Source of the DNA: Octopus vulgaris
Lineage: Eukaryota
Reading direction: 5' to 3'
NCBI GenBank assembly: GCA_951406725.2
Contig: OX597816.1
Span: 106,578,001-106,642,000 of the forward strand
Length of the DNA stretch: 64,000 nt
Positions 12,657-26,139 of the stretch are shown here, one piece after another. Made by a program: the position numbers and the translations under genes. The notes under the pieces are model-generated. The model was not told the origin of the DNA, ran no database searches, and worked only from the letters and a program-made list of their open reading frames with translations. Position 1 is the first letter of the stretch. Every line of letters begins with the position of its first letter.

Positions 12657-13434
12657 ATAATAATAATAATAATAATTTCTAACTGTTTCTAACATAAACA
12701 TAAGAACACACATTTCTATTTTTAGAGGCAGTGATGGTGACAGTAGTAGTGGCTGTGGTTAATAGTAGTGAACTGGTGGAAGCAGTTGTAATAACAGTTG
12801 GTAGTTATTTTATTAATCACAGCTAGATGAATGATATAATTGATGTCAGCAAGATTGAAATGCAAAGGGATGTAACTCAGTGCTGCTGGGCATTTTGTCG
12901 CATGTAGTACTAATTCTGCCGTCCACCACCTTAAACAACAATAACAATGATACTTTCTTTTATTAGGGTCCCAAAGTTTGAGGATGGAGGAAAAGGCAAA
13001 TATAGCGAAGAAAACAAAACAATAATAGATTTGCTAAGCAACCAATACATTTTAACATTACTGAAGGCCCTGTATAAAGGAAAAAAAATACTACTTCTAA
13101 GCTGAGATTTTATATATATATATAATGGAAGAAATTAATCACAAAAGACAAAAACATATACAACAAACAAAACAAACAGAAAATTCCCCTCATCAGCTGT
13201 CTTCTAGGGATAGTTGTGGTTTCAACATTAGAAAAGGACTGATTATTATTGCATTTATAACATGTAAATATAGAAACAGAGATGTATATTATGATGGGGG
13301 AAAAGAATCCAAACATTTTAAGTAGTATTAATGCTGTTAAGCACTGTTGCAGGGAGTAATACCTTTAGTTGATGTAGAAATCATGTGATTGCATGCACAT
13401 ACATACACACACACACACACGTGTGTGCATGTGT

Positions 13435-13470
<36 letters not shown>

Positions 13471-13671
13471 GAAATTTACAGAAAAACAAAAGACAAAGAC
13501 AGGTGTATAAACAAGGAGGTGTATTAGTTTGATGCTCAGGAAGGTGAGAAAGTCTTATATATTTCAAGCCCATGCTCTTCAACAGAAAGGAACACAAGGA
13601 AATAGACAGAGAGAGAAAAAAAACTTGTGGATTTAGTGATCAATCATGGTGACTGGTTGGAAAAAAATGCA

Positions 13672-14047
13672 GACATGGCTGTGTTGAAAAGTTGGCTTCC
13701 TAACCACATAGTCCTATTGCATAGCACCTTGGGTAAGTGTCTGCTACTATAGCCCTGAGACTGACCAAAGTCTTGTAAATGGATTTTGGTAGATGGAAAC
13801 TGAAAGAAGCCTGTCATATCTATGCGTGTGTGCATTGTAATGAATGCATGTTATTGTCATGAAACAGTGTCATTCCTTTCCACTATTCTATGGAAACATG
13901 TTTGGCCATGGAGAAATATTACCTTGCTTGGAAACATGAAGGTTGTCAACAGGAAGGGGCATCCAGCTATAAAAAAAATCTACCTCAGATAAACTCCATA
14001 CAAACATGGAAATGTGCACACTAAAATAATGATGATTACGATGATGA
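13672..14047 (+). mobile_element. SINE with family A head and RTE-like 3' tail
   Basis: Head atggctgtgttg..cacatag; tail aggaaggggcatccagctat and (GAT)n, shared with the RTE 3' end near 35638. Confidence 0.75.
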
Positions 14048-17000
14048 TATTGGCTTTTTCTAAAGGAAGGTGTTGTGCTTGTAGTTTTTCAAAGGCCCTT
14101 CATGACAGAGAAAATTCACCATTCTGCTTAAATTGTAGAAAGTTGTTAACTGCAGTAGACACATACAAGAAGGAAGCACCTGGCATTTTTGGAAGAAAGG
14201 ACAGATTGTAGTTATTAATGCAAGTATGATGGTGGGGTTGGATATAATGTGCGAATAAAAAAACACATAACAAAACCATATGTGCATGTGTGTGTGTGTT
14301 ATAAAAAAAAGCAAATAATAAATAATGGTTTCTAATTTTGGCACAAGGCCAGCAACTTCAAGGTATGGGGTAAATAAATGTAAATGGCTTTAGTATTTGA
14401 CTAGTCTTTTCTTTTATCGACCTCCAAAGGATGAAAAGCAAAGTCAACCAAGGCAGAATTTGAACTTGGAAATGCTGCAAATCATTTTGCCAGCTGACTA
14501 CTTTTCAAATAATAAATAGTAAAATTTATGCCTTTTTTTAGTGTGGCAGGGGTTTTAATTTCAGAAACAAAGAATTGTGAGATAGATTGAATAATGGTAA
14601 CTGCTTACCAAAAATACTATTAAAAAAAAAAAAGAAAGAAAGAAAAGAAAAATCCAGAGTTTTTACATTTGTTTTAATGCAATATTTTTAATAAAAAGAT
14701 GTGTATTATCAGTCAATTCAGTTATCTATGAAAGACAATTACAATAAATGAATTATTTGTATAAGTTATAGACAACACAAGCAAATTTTTTTAACCAATT
14801 TGTTTTGTAATGTTTCAGTAAAAATTAGAAACAGAAAACAGAACCTCCCCCCACCCACCCACTTCCTCCACAAAAAAAAAAAAATCTGTATTTGTATAGA
14901 TTTTTAAAACTTCATATAATGTTTATTATGTTCTCTGTTCCTGTATTTCATGTCTGCAATTGAATTTTCTCTTTCTCCCCCCCACTTTTTTTTCATATTT
15001 TTTTGTTTGTTTTTTTTTTCGGTATTTTGTTCTTGATGGTCTTTTCAACTGAAAATATCAGAGAAATTTCTGAAGTTAAAAAAAAAAAAAATTATTTTTT
15101 ATTTTGTTTGATTTTGTATTATGGTTGTTTCATTAATACTGTTTACTTCGTATCTAAAATAAAGTTTGTATTTAAAAGTTCCAAAATTCTGAAATTCCTG
15201 TTGGCTTTGTTGTATTATGAAGAACTGAGATCACAGACACACAGATGTAATAAATGACTTTTTTTATTATTGCTACTGCTGCTGCTATTGGTAACGATAC
15301 ATTGATGTTGCCTGAAATGTATTATTTGATTAACCATTAATGTCCTGTCTGTTTCTCCCTCTTTCTCTCCATATATATATATATATATACACACACATTA
15401 TATATACATGTGTGTGTGCACACATAAACACGTATAAATCAGTTAGATTTGTTCGTTATTTAACATACACATTCCACAAAGTCATTATGTTAATGATTTC
15501 ATTTAACAAGTCAACAAAGCAAGTTTTTGTAAGAGAGAGAGAGTGGGATTTTAATCAACTGATTTGACACAAATATATTACTGGTATCTATTGACTCCAC
15601 AGAATATAGTTTAATGCCTAAATCAGTTAAAGAAAATGTAGTGCTTTCCCATGATATCCACATTGCCCTGACCCCACCCAAAACAAGTAGAGAGAGGTAA
15701 AGACAAAGAGGGGTACACTCCACTTAATAGGCTTCTACATAGTTTCCACCACCTCAATTTCACTCACAAGGCATGGGTCAACTGCTAATGGAGAAAACAT
15801 TTGCTGAATATGCCATGCAGGATGAAACCCAGAACCACAGGATTCTGAAATGAACTTTGTAACTACATGAACAAATGCATGAGTCTAGCCTGCTGGGATT
15901 TGAACTCATAATGTAGAGTTTGGAAATTTATATTGTTTGCTTTACTATTTTTTTGCCAATGTATTGCTTTCAATTTTAGTGATTACATAATTAGTTTTAA
16001 ACTTTGGCACAAGGCCAGCAATTTCAGGGAAGGGGTAAGTTGATTACATCAACCCCAGTACTCAACTGTGACTTTATCAATCCCCCAAAGGACAAAAGGT
16101 AAAACCAACCTCTGTGGAATTTAAACTCAGCATGCTAACAATTCTGCCAGCTTGCCACCTTATTGATTACATTATTGATGTTAAATAACAAAAACTGTCA
16201 ATGGAGCAAAGAATGAACTGCTATGGAGATGCAGTTTATCGGTTTACCTGATTGAATCTATTTTACTTCATTTATGCAACAAATTTCTTTGAGTATTAGC
16301 AATGAATGCTACAATATCCTACTTTCAATCCCATAACAATAGCGAAACTTGTGTCTAAACATTAAAGGGGAAACAATACTAATGACATAAAACAAAAAAA
16401 AAAAACTTTTTAAAATTGTCTTTGTAAATAGCTATTTTTATATTATCAATTAATACATTTGTGTGTATGTGTGTGTGAGTGTGCATGCATGTGTGTGCAT
16501 GTGCACACATGTCTGTGTGTTTGAAGTTCAATAAAATTATGAAAAGTTTCTTTGGAAAATTGGGGAATTCAGAACCCCATAATGTGTATATGGTACTTTT
16601 TTTTACTTCTTGTTATTCTCTAAAATTTCATTAACAATAGCCACATTCGCTCCTTATTTTTTACATATGGTTCTGAAGTCATGCATATACCACATGCTTT
16701 CACACCTAAATTGATGAAAGCATTATTTCTGCATATAACGATTGACACATTTTCTAGTGTTTTAGTGGAAACTAATCAAATCTTGACATTCATATTTCAA
16801 TGCATTCACAAATATTTTTTCTGACATAATGTCATGTAGCTTTCCTATTTCAAATTTTTGGATAATTGTTAAGCTCAAGCTTTTAAAGTATCACCTGGAA
16901 AATATCTGACAGAATATCACCTGAAGAAATGGATGTAATGTAATAATACAAATTCGTATCATGTTGCCTTGTATTTGGAATAAACATGTTATTCATGTGT

Positions 17001-17143
17001 AGTGATGTCCTGATATATACATTTGTTTTATTACAATATTACTATATATATATATACACACATAAACACACACACACACACATTACTATGTATAAATGTA
17101 TATATATAACAATGCATATATATGTAAGAGTATACATACATAA

Positions 17144-17200
<57 letters not shown>

Positions 17201-17209
17201 TATATACAA

Positions 17210-17920
17210 AGAAGCCTCAGTTACAAAAAACATGAAGTCAAACCCAAACACCTTTCATTACGCAAAAGAAACAGCCTCAGTATGCTGCAAGATAGAACCC
17301 CTCTTCCAAAAGGATGGCTCCCTCACAGACAGTCCAACTAGGATCAGTGAGGTACTGAATGACCAGTTCAAAAGTGTGTTTACCACCTCATTGGAACACA
17401 GACAAGTGAACAAATCAATGGACTCCTTTGCTGCCTCACCTATAACCAGCAAGGCAGTTACAATGGAATACATCGATATTAGTGAAGAAGATATACAACT
17501 AGCCATAGATGAGGTGGACACAAACTCAACTGCTGGTCCTGATGGCTTCCCAGCAATCCTCCTCAAATTGTGTAAGCATGCCCTGGCAAAGCCCCTCCAG
17601 ATTCTCTTCCAGAGCTTTCTTGCAAGTGGCAGACTGCCAAGCAAGCTGAAGGAGGGAATAATATGCCCAATCCATAAAGGGGGAAGCAGAGTAGATGCCA
17701 AAAACTATTGGCCTATCTCTCTGACTTCACACATCAGCAAAGTCATGGAACGGATAGTCAGAGGGAAACTAATCACATTCCTTGAAGAAAATAACTTGCT
17801 GAGTGATACCCAACATGGCTCCGACCAGGTAGCAGCTGCCTGACCCAGGTCTTACATTATGACTGGGTGTTGAGGCAGTTACTTAACAACTCAAATATGG
17901 ACGTAATATAACTTGATTTT
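17210..17920 (+). pseudogene. CR1/Jockey-group LINE reverse transcriptase fragment
   Basis: [48 protein letters not shown] then frameshifted SCLTQ; both ends lie in (TA)n. Confidence 0.92.
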
Positions 17921-18242
17921 ATATATATATATATACTATATATATATTTATATATATTATGTATATTATATTATATATATATATATACCCCACCCTCAGC
18001 GTAACCCACACCCCACTCTTGCTTTCCCCACTCTCACCTCCCCCACCTCCCAACACCATCACACCACACTACTACACCATACACCACTATACCGTACAAC
18101 ATATCACAACACACCACTACACACACATCAAGATTACCAGCCCTCTTACAGAAGCACATACAAACTCTCTTATACACATGCATGCAAACAGATATATATA
18201 TATGTGTATATATATGTGTATGTATATATATGTGTGTGTGTG

Positions 18243-18284
<42 letters not shown>

Positions 18285-18285
<1 letters not shown>

Positions 18286-18917
18286 TAGCAGTATCGCCAG
18301 GCGTTGCTCGGGTTTGTAAGGGAAATAACTATATAAGCATTTTTAGAGAGTTATAGCCAAAAAATAGCAAAATGCATTAAAAATGGAAAAAATATGATGG
18401 CAAATTTTTTTAAATCGTTGAATCATCGTAGACATTTTTAGAGAGTTACTTCCCTTATATAATAGCGAAAAAATGCATTAAAATGGAAAAAAAACGATGG
18501 TAAATTTTTTTTTAAATCGTAGACTCATGTAGACGCTTTCTTAGCCATTTCTGTTTTGGTGTCTTCAAGCCATGAAGTTGTTGTTCTAAAAGAACGCTGG
18601 TCTCCTTGACAACGCATTACGACGTTGATTTCCTTACACTCCCTTCCCCACAGGTGCAGGTGTGAGCGTGGACGCCAACTCCGCCGCCATCGACACACGA
18701 AAAATTATGCATTAAAATGGAATAAAAAATGATGTTAAATTATTTTTAAAATCGTAGACTCATCGTTGACGCGCGCTAATAGTCAGACGGGCTCGATATG
18801 AATCACGACTATAAGCTACCCGAATTTGGTTAAACTGCACCGCAAAATGTGGGAGTAGTTAGGAATCTAAATCGAAGGGGACAGACACTCACACAACTAC
18901 AGTTTTATATATATAGA
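18285..18917 (-). mobile_element. Non-autonomous Helitron
   Basis: Minus 5' end A|TCTATATATATAAAACTG; 3' end cccgagcaacgcctggcgatactgCTAG|T (GC-rich subterminal segment plus CTAG); AT insertion site; internal sub-repeats gcattaaaatggaaaaaa; CpG retained. Confidence 0.88.
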
Positions 18918-18924
18918 TATACAT

Positions 18925-19525
18925 AGCGCAGTAGTGGTGAGATGTGACAGCAAAGAAAAGCATACATTCACTCTCTGCATGCAATTAGACTCGGAAAGTT
19001 CGTGAGGAACCCATTGACCCAATTTGCTGACTTTTCCAATAGCACACAGGTCTCAATGAATGGTTGAATGACCAAATCCAAGCTTCTCTGCTAGTTCCTC
19101 AACAGTTACGATGAGATTTTGTTCCACCAGGGTTTTCAGGATGTCCTTGTCGAGTTCTACAGATCTTTCAGGATGAGGCTCATCTTCTAGGCTGTAGTTT
19201 ATGGCTCGGAATTTCTGGAACCACCATTGACACTGCCTTACGCTTATTGTCCAATCCCCATATACTGCATTAATATTTCTTGTACTTTCCGTTGCGTTGT
19301 TGTCTTTATTGAACTCATAAAGTAAAATATGCCAAATATGCTCCTTTGTTACTTCCAATATAGCTTTGAAAAAATAGCTGTTAAAATCGAAATGCACTCT
19401 TCAAAACTTGCACTATGAATAAGGACAAGATAAAATTACTACCTGCTTTTATAGCAAGTTAATATAAGTAGTTTATCCCATTCCCCTCTGACATTTAGTT
19501 CAAGCTGTTGAAAAAACCGCATTAT
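18925..19525 (-). mobile_element. Mariner transposon 5' part (HTH to WVPHEL), decayed
   Basis: HIWHILLYEF...INAVYGD..ISVRQCQWWFQKFR...EELAEKLG, followed by GQWVPHELSE near 19000. Confidence 0.92.
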
Positions 19526-19784
19526 TATATATATATACATACATACATACATACATATACACACACACTCTCTCTCTCACACACATGCACACATTTATAT
19601 TCTGTTATTGTTTTATACGTTTCAGCCTTGAGGTTGTGGCCATGCTGGATCATGTGTGTGTGTGTGTGTGTGTGTGTCTATCTGTCTGTCTCTCTGTATG
19701 TATATATGTATATGTATGTGTGTGAACAATAATATTTTCAACAGCTGTGTTGCAGATGTATCTGATTGTTCTCAAGCTTCAATA

Positions 19785-19987
19785 CTGTGTGTGTGTGTAT
19801 GTGTGTGTGTGTGTATGTATGTATGTATATGTATGTATGTATGTATATGTATGTATGTATGTGTGTATGTATGTATGTATGTATGTATGTATGTGTGTGT
19901 ATGTATGTATGTATGTATGTATGTATGTATGTATGTATGTATGTATGTATGTATGTATGTATGTATGTATGTATGTATGTATGTATG
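19785..19987. repeat. (TG)n/(TATG)n microsatellite
   Basis: Directly visible. Confidence 0.98.
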
Positions 19988-21699
19988 AGTGTATGTTTAC
20001 TTTATTACTCTCTGGCTATTTACTCTCTTCCAAGAACATTTTCACTCACTCTTATGTGTTAGCTTCCCATACATTTTACTCATGTATCTATCAGCGTCAT
20101 AGTCGTCATCGCATTCTATTGTCTACCTGTCAACACACTGAATTAGTTTCACTTTATTCGTAGCCCACTGTGTGTGTGCGTTTGCGTGTGGTGTAAACCA
20201 GACTAAGAAAAGCATTTGACACACACACCAGAATGTGAGTTTTCTGTAAATTTTGCTTAATTGGAGTTTAAATTTTAAAAACTGGACCTGGCATGACGCG
20301 ATGCATTCTACTCTTAAAACTGCTAGGTAAATTGTAATTGAAGAAATCCTACATTGTAGATTTGTATAACTCCCAAAGGGAGGCAGATAAAATCTGCCTT
20401 TTATAATAAGAGATATACACACAAAGAGATACATTCTCGTAATATATATATATAATCTATTTAATGGAATTGTGCCATTGTAGATTCTGCAGATAGGAAA
20501 TACAACAAAGAAAATTGCTAAAAAGTGGATATTGTTGTCACAGGGTTCTTTTATAGAAAATTATGTAGCTGTTATAATGTTTTTCTATAGGCAACAGTAG
20601 ATTCTTCAGTTAATGATTTCTACTATAAGGACCCAAAATTTTGAGATTAACACTTTATTATTCCCTTAATTCAAACCCACTTCTTCGCTGATGAGTAAGT
20701 ATTTTATAAAGCATGACCGAATCGTGAAGGATTAAGTTAAAAGTTCAACCTGTGTGAAATTCAGTTTACTATAAAGGGACGTAACTCTACCATCTTGCCA
20801 ATTCACCACCCAGAATGAATAAATGACAAGTTATTATTTTTAAACTATTATTAATACTACTTTCAATTATTAAATGAAATGGCGAACTCATTATTTGTAT
20901 TATTATCAATTATAACTGATATGATTCACTCTCACTTCCATATGTCTTGTTTTTCAATTTTATAATTATTTATTTATCTCTTTTGTATTCCTTTAACCTT
21001 ATAATTAACACTAGTAGACGGGATGGGTAGAATAAATTAACAGGAATTTCATTTCTTTCTTTTTGTATATGTTTGTATGTGTGCATGTGTGTCTGTGTGT
21101 GCTTGTGTGTGATGTGTGTGTATCAATGCCTACGAATGGGCATGTATGTGTGTGTGAACGCATGTATGAATGAATGTATGTGTGTGTATTTTAAAAGTTC
21201 TTTTAAATATTAAACAAATGAAAAATGTTTGTTTATAGAAATTAAAATCCCAAAATATTTACAGTAATGTATTTTAGTGAAGTTAGAATACACTGAAAAG
21301 AAAAGTTGTACTCAGAATAAAATTATTGGAAGCTATATTGTATATGATCTTTTTTTAAAAATTGTTTTCCAAAATGATAAAAAAATAAAAAAAAAACAGG
21401 ACATACACATACTCGAAATACATACACATGCAACATGCAAATAATCAGACATACATATATACACAGACAGATACACATACACACATACATCAACATGCAG
21501 AATATATACACATGAAAACATTGATGGATATTTATATATTTTTTTGTTCAAAAATGGATAGAGACACAAGTGTGTATATATATCTGCACAAGTGTGAAAA
21601 TGCAAAAAAATGACTATATATATATGTGTTTGAAACTACCAATAGTTTTCATCAGACAAATCATCTAAAAATAAAGTATCATATGCATAAACCCAACTT

Positions 21700-21860
21700 T
21701 ATATATATATATATGCATGTATATACATACATATATATATTATATATATAAACACACATTAATATATATATATATACATGTATGTATAAATGTATATATG
21801 TATATGTGTAAAGTGTAAATATATATAAGTAAATGTATATATATATACATATGTGAGCAC

Positions 21861-21915
<55 letters not shown>

Positions 21916-23625
21916 GTATATGAGTAGAATGTAAATATATATACATATTTATATATATGTATGTATATATATATGTGTGTGTCTGTGTGTGTGTATATGT
22001 AGATATGTATGTATATATATATATATATATCCACACATACCAGTTTATATAACTATATACTATATATATATGTGCATATACACACACACATTTATACATG
22101 TAAATATACATTTATATGTATGTGACAGATGGATATACATATAAACACATATAATATATTTAGATATATTAATACACACACACATATATATGTATGTGTG
22201 AGTGTTTGTGTACATATGTATATATATATGTATGTTAAATATGCCTTTTTAAAATCTCAATTAGGCATTGAGTATAATATAATTAAGGAAAATACTCAAT
22301 ACATTATAGATGCAGAGTCAATATTTCTTGTAATAATAACATGATACCAAACAATATTACAAATATTTCTGCATATTCTTGTACCTGGTTAAAAAGATAC
22401 ACAGAGAAACACACACGCACACACAAACATATATTGAAACACACACACACACACACACCAACATATATACAGTTTTAGGAATGTATGTCTATGCATGCAT
22501 GTAATATATGAATGCATTAGACAAAATAAATCTATGTATGTATGTGTGCATCTGCATGTATGTAAAATTCAAATATTTACCTGTATAATTTTTATGACAG
22601 CTTTCGCAAAATTATGTTATTGAAAAATTGGCTTGCTTCATTTTTTTTTCTCATGAGAGTCATTCAAACAATGGACACAATGTGTGTCTATGTGAGAGAG
22701 AGAGAATATATTTACATAGATATATTATTATACAGTAACACTATTAGATATCTATTAAAATTATTTAGGTCTACATGTGTGTGTGTAATATTGTGTCTGG
22801 GGAGAGTCATTCTCTTTTAGTGCCTTATTACTTGACACACTCACTGGTTCAATTTGCAATTATTTACTTATTTATTTTTTCGAAAATCTACACTTTGTCT
22901 TACAACCACTTCAATAGTCGACTATTGAGCAGGATGCAAGATACAACAAAAGTTTTAGAGAAAATAAATAAGTAAATGAGAAGAAATAGAACCGGTGAGC
23001 ATGTGAAGTAGTAAGGCACTAAAAGAGAATGACTCTCTCCAGACACACCAAAATATTTTTTAACACATGAATTCACATACAGACTTTTGCAACCAAACAC
23101 AAAAACAATATATATTAATATATATATATATATATATATATAACATGTATATAATATATATTTAAAATATACATACTACATATATATATATATAAAATAT
23201 AATACATATATATATACATATAAAATATATATACATAAAATATGTAATATATATACATAAAACATATATAATATACATATATATGATATATATATACATA
23301 AAATATATATATATAATATATATAAAATATATACATGAAATATACATTTAAAATATATATACAAATATACATATAAAAGGATATATATATTATTATATAT
23401 ATATTGTGTTGTTATATATATATATGTGTGTATGTATATATATATATAAATATATATATATGAAATGTATATATATATATGAAATATATATATATATATG
23501 AAATATATATATATAACATATATATAAATATATAAAATGTATATTATATATGAAATATATATAACATATATAAAATGTATATTATATATGAAATATATAT
23601 ATAATATATATAATATATATATGTA
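21700..23625. repeat. Extended TA/CA-rich microsatellite and low-complexity zone
   Basis: Directly visible; source of many spurious Y/I/M-rich ORFs. Confidence 0.95.
22788..23055. mobile_element. Fully palindromic MITE-like element (~265 bp)
   Basis: gtgtctggggagagtcattctcttttagtgccttatta pairs with tagtaaggcactaaaagagaatgactctctccagacac; axis caatagtcgactattg near 22920. Confidence 0.92.
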
Positions 23626-23626
23626 A

Positions 23627-23695
23627 ACAAGTAGAAGGATAAATTTTATTCAACACATAGATATGCGTTGAATAAAATTTATCCTTCAATTTGTT
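23627..23695. repeat. ~70-nt near-perfect hairpin
   Basis: gaaggataaattttattcaac pairs perfectly with gttgaataaaatttatccttc. Confidence 0.9.
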
Positions 23696-23765
23696 CTTCA
23701 ATACATTTCAACACTTCGAAAACAAACTTGTTTGTGTACATATGGCGTAATATATATATATATAT

Positions 23766-23878
23766 ATATCTTACTCAAATGAAATGCATGATGACTCATT
23801 TTTACTGGCACCAACTAATTTTCCTCATTAAAACTCGGAAATGACAGAGTCACCATGCATTTCATTTGAATGAAATAT
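23766..23878. mobile_element. Small TIR element (MITE, ~110 bp)
   Basis: tcaaatgaaatgcatgatgactc ... gagtcaccatgcatttcatttga. Confidence 0.75.
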
Positions 23879-24267
23879 TTAGACTCTACATCTCTATTGA
23901 GTTGTCAGACAGAATGACATTGATTTTAAGGCTCCTTAGAAACACTCACATCTTGCTATGTGTGTATGTATATGTGTAGTGTGTGTGTGTTTGTATGGAT
24001 AAATAGGTATAGATATAGACATATATATATATAGATATTGGGATACAATTCTGTTCCTTGGTGTTTCAATCTTTCCTATCCTTGCATATTTCTGCTAGAA
24101 ATCTGGCTGACACTTCTTTCTATCAAAGTTAATCAGCTACAAATCTAAGAAACCCTATGTGTTAAATATTTTAGTTGTAATTCTGTTTCATTTCTTGTTT
24201 GGAGCACTTATATATATATACATATACATTCACACAAATATGTTATGTATTTATATACAATCATATG

Positions 24268-24307
<40 letters not shown>

Positions 24308-24313
24308 CATGTA

Positions 24314-25169
24314 TACACGAGATCTGATCAATAAAAATCTGGACTGTTGCCATAGTAATGGAGCTAAAACATGCTCAGTGAAGCTGCTTGGCATGCGCTC
24401 TAAGTTTCAATGTTCTTGCTCACGTCAGCTGTTTACAGTAGTACTTGGAAGGAAGGTGTGTAACGTGTGATTGTCGCATTGACCATGATAAAGTTGTCAT
24501 AGCAATACCTCCTCAGAGGCCTGCACCAGGCTTCAGAAAGTGTATGGAGAGGAGTGTATGAGCTACACACAAGTGTACAAGTTGTTCAGATGCTTCCAAG
24601 ATGGCCAAAAAAATTTCAATATTGCCGAACATTCTGGGAGACCAGCAACCAGCAGAACTGAGAAAAACATCACAGATGTGCATGCAGCTGTGAGGGAAAA
24701 ATCATTGAATCACCATCCGTGAGTTATCAGGGAATGTGCAGATTAGCTACAGTTCAGTCCATCATTACTGAAGATTAGGGTATAAGATGCATGTCTGCCA
24801 AATTTGAGCCAAAACTGCTTTCAGCTGACCAAAAAGACACTTGGGTTTCAGTTGCACAAGATCTCCTTAATTGTGTCGAGAATGATGAAAACTTTTTGAA
24901 AACTTTGTGTAGGCTTCTGAACAGGTATCGCCAAGCCTTTGGCAAAATTTGATGCAGATTCTCTGCTCACCTGTCTCTGTTATGGTCAATGCAACGATCA
25001 CATGCTACACACATTCCTTGCAAGCATTGCTGTAAACAGCAGATGTAAGCTAGAACGTTAACACTTAGTGTGCATGCACAGCATAGTTAAAGGTCAATCA
25101 GTGCCATGCGGCTTCACTCTCCATGCTCTAGCTTTGTTACTATAGCAACAGTCCAGATGCTTATTGATT
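24314..25169 (+). mobile_element. Internally deleted mariner transposon with TIRs
   Basis: TIR atcaataaaaatctggactgttgccatagtaa pairs with ttactatagcaacagtccagatgcttattgat; decayed transposase VYGEECMSYTQVYKLFRCFQDG..HSGRP and SAKFEPKLLS. Confidence 0.9.
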
Positions 25170-25403
25170 TCAGTCCCTGGACTCCATACTAGGACACCAT
25201 CTTCAAAGGTTTTTGTGAATCATAAAAAGCCCAGTACATGTTTTTCGTTCTGCTCTTTATGTCAAATTTTGTTTCTTGTTGATTGCTAAGTTACTGGTAA
25301 TAAAGGGATATAACTCAGACAACACCGGGTTTTAGACCGCTGTATAATATGCACACCCACACCCACACATGCATACACATATACACATACCTATATACAT
25401 AAA

Positions 25404-25437
<34 letters not shown>

Positions 25438-25804
25438 CATATGCATGTATATAGAAGCCTTCAACTAAATTTGCCTCTTACGGTATTAGTCAACTCGAGG
25501 CTGTAGCAAACCATGCAGCTGGATTGAACCCACAACTACTTGGTTGTGAAGCACAGCTATTCCTATATATATATAACGCATGTATATATCTATAAGTGTA
25601 TGTTTGTGTGTGTGAATATATATATATACACACATACATGTACGCACATGTGCACACACACACACACCCACACACACACATACACACACACACAGACTCT
25701 CTCTTACACAGTCATAAGCACATGCATACACACATATTAAACATATATGAATCTATATATGAATACATATATGTATGTACTTTTCACTTGACTGGAATAA
25801 TAAT

Positions 25805-25837
<33 letters not shown>

Positions 25838-25883
25838 CTATGTAGGTATTATATATATTTCATATGACTGTAATCAGTAATGA

Positions 25884-26083
25884 TTAAGACATTTGCATGT
25901 GATATTTCTGGCATTGGTTATTCCAATTTGGTTGATGTCCATTGCTTGGATGGTGACGGCATTCTCCATTATTCACAGTTTGCGGATTCACAGGTGACAA
26001 TGAAATTTCTGACAGCAAGCCAGGTATTAAAGACTCCTTATTGTTCTGGACTTTTAAAGGTGCCATCTGCTTCTGGTTGTAGC
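25884..26083 (-). CDS. Putative terminal coding exon of the p75NTR/NGFR-like gene
   Basis: Strong acceptor tttttcttattttttctttattacag|GC; phase 1 matches the upstream exon (T|GC = Cys); open for 65 codons (YNQKQMAPLKV...YHMQMS) to TAA; unique complex sequence among repeats. Confidence 0.7.
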
Positions 26084-26139
26084 CTGTAATAAAGAAAAAA
26101 TAAGAAAAATAATTAAAATATATGCATATATATACACAG

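Noticed and set aside
16986-17843. 285-aa ORF as a host gene
   Set aside because: A microsatellite fused to a CR1 RT fragment
20683-20730. Hammerhead-like CTGATGAG motif
   Set aside because: No proper GAAA or stem II; better explained as a decayed family B SINE
19508-23372. Many ORFs rich in Y/I/M/V/C
   Set aside because: Translations of TA/TG/TATG microsatellites
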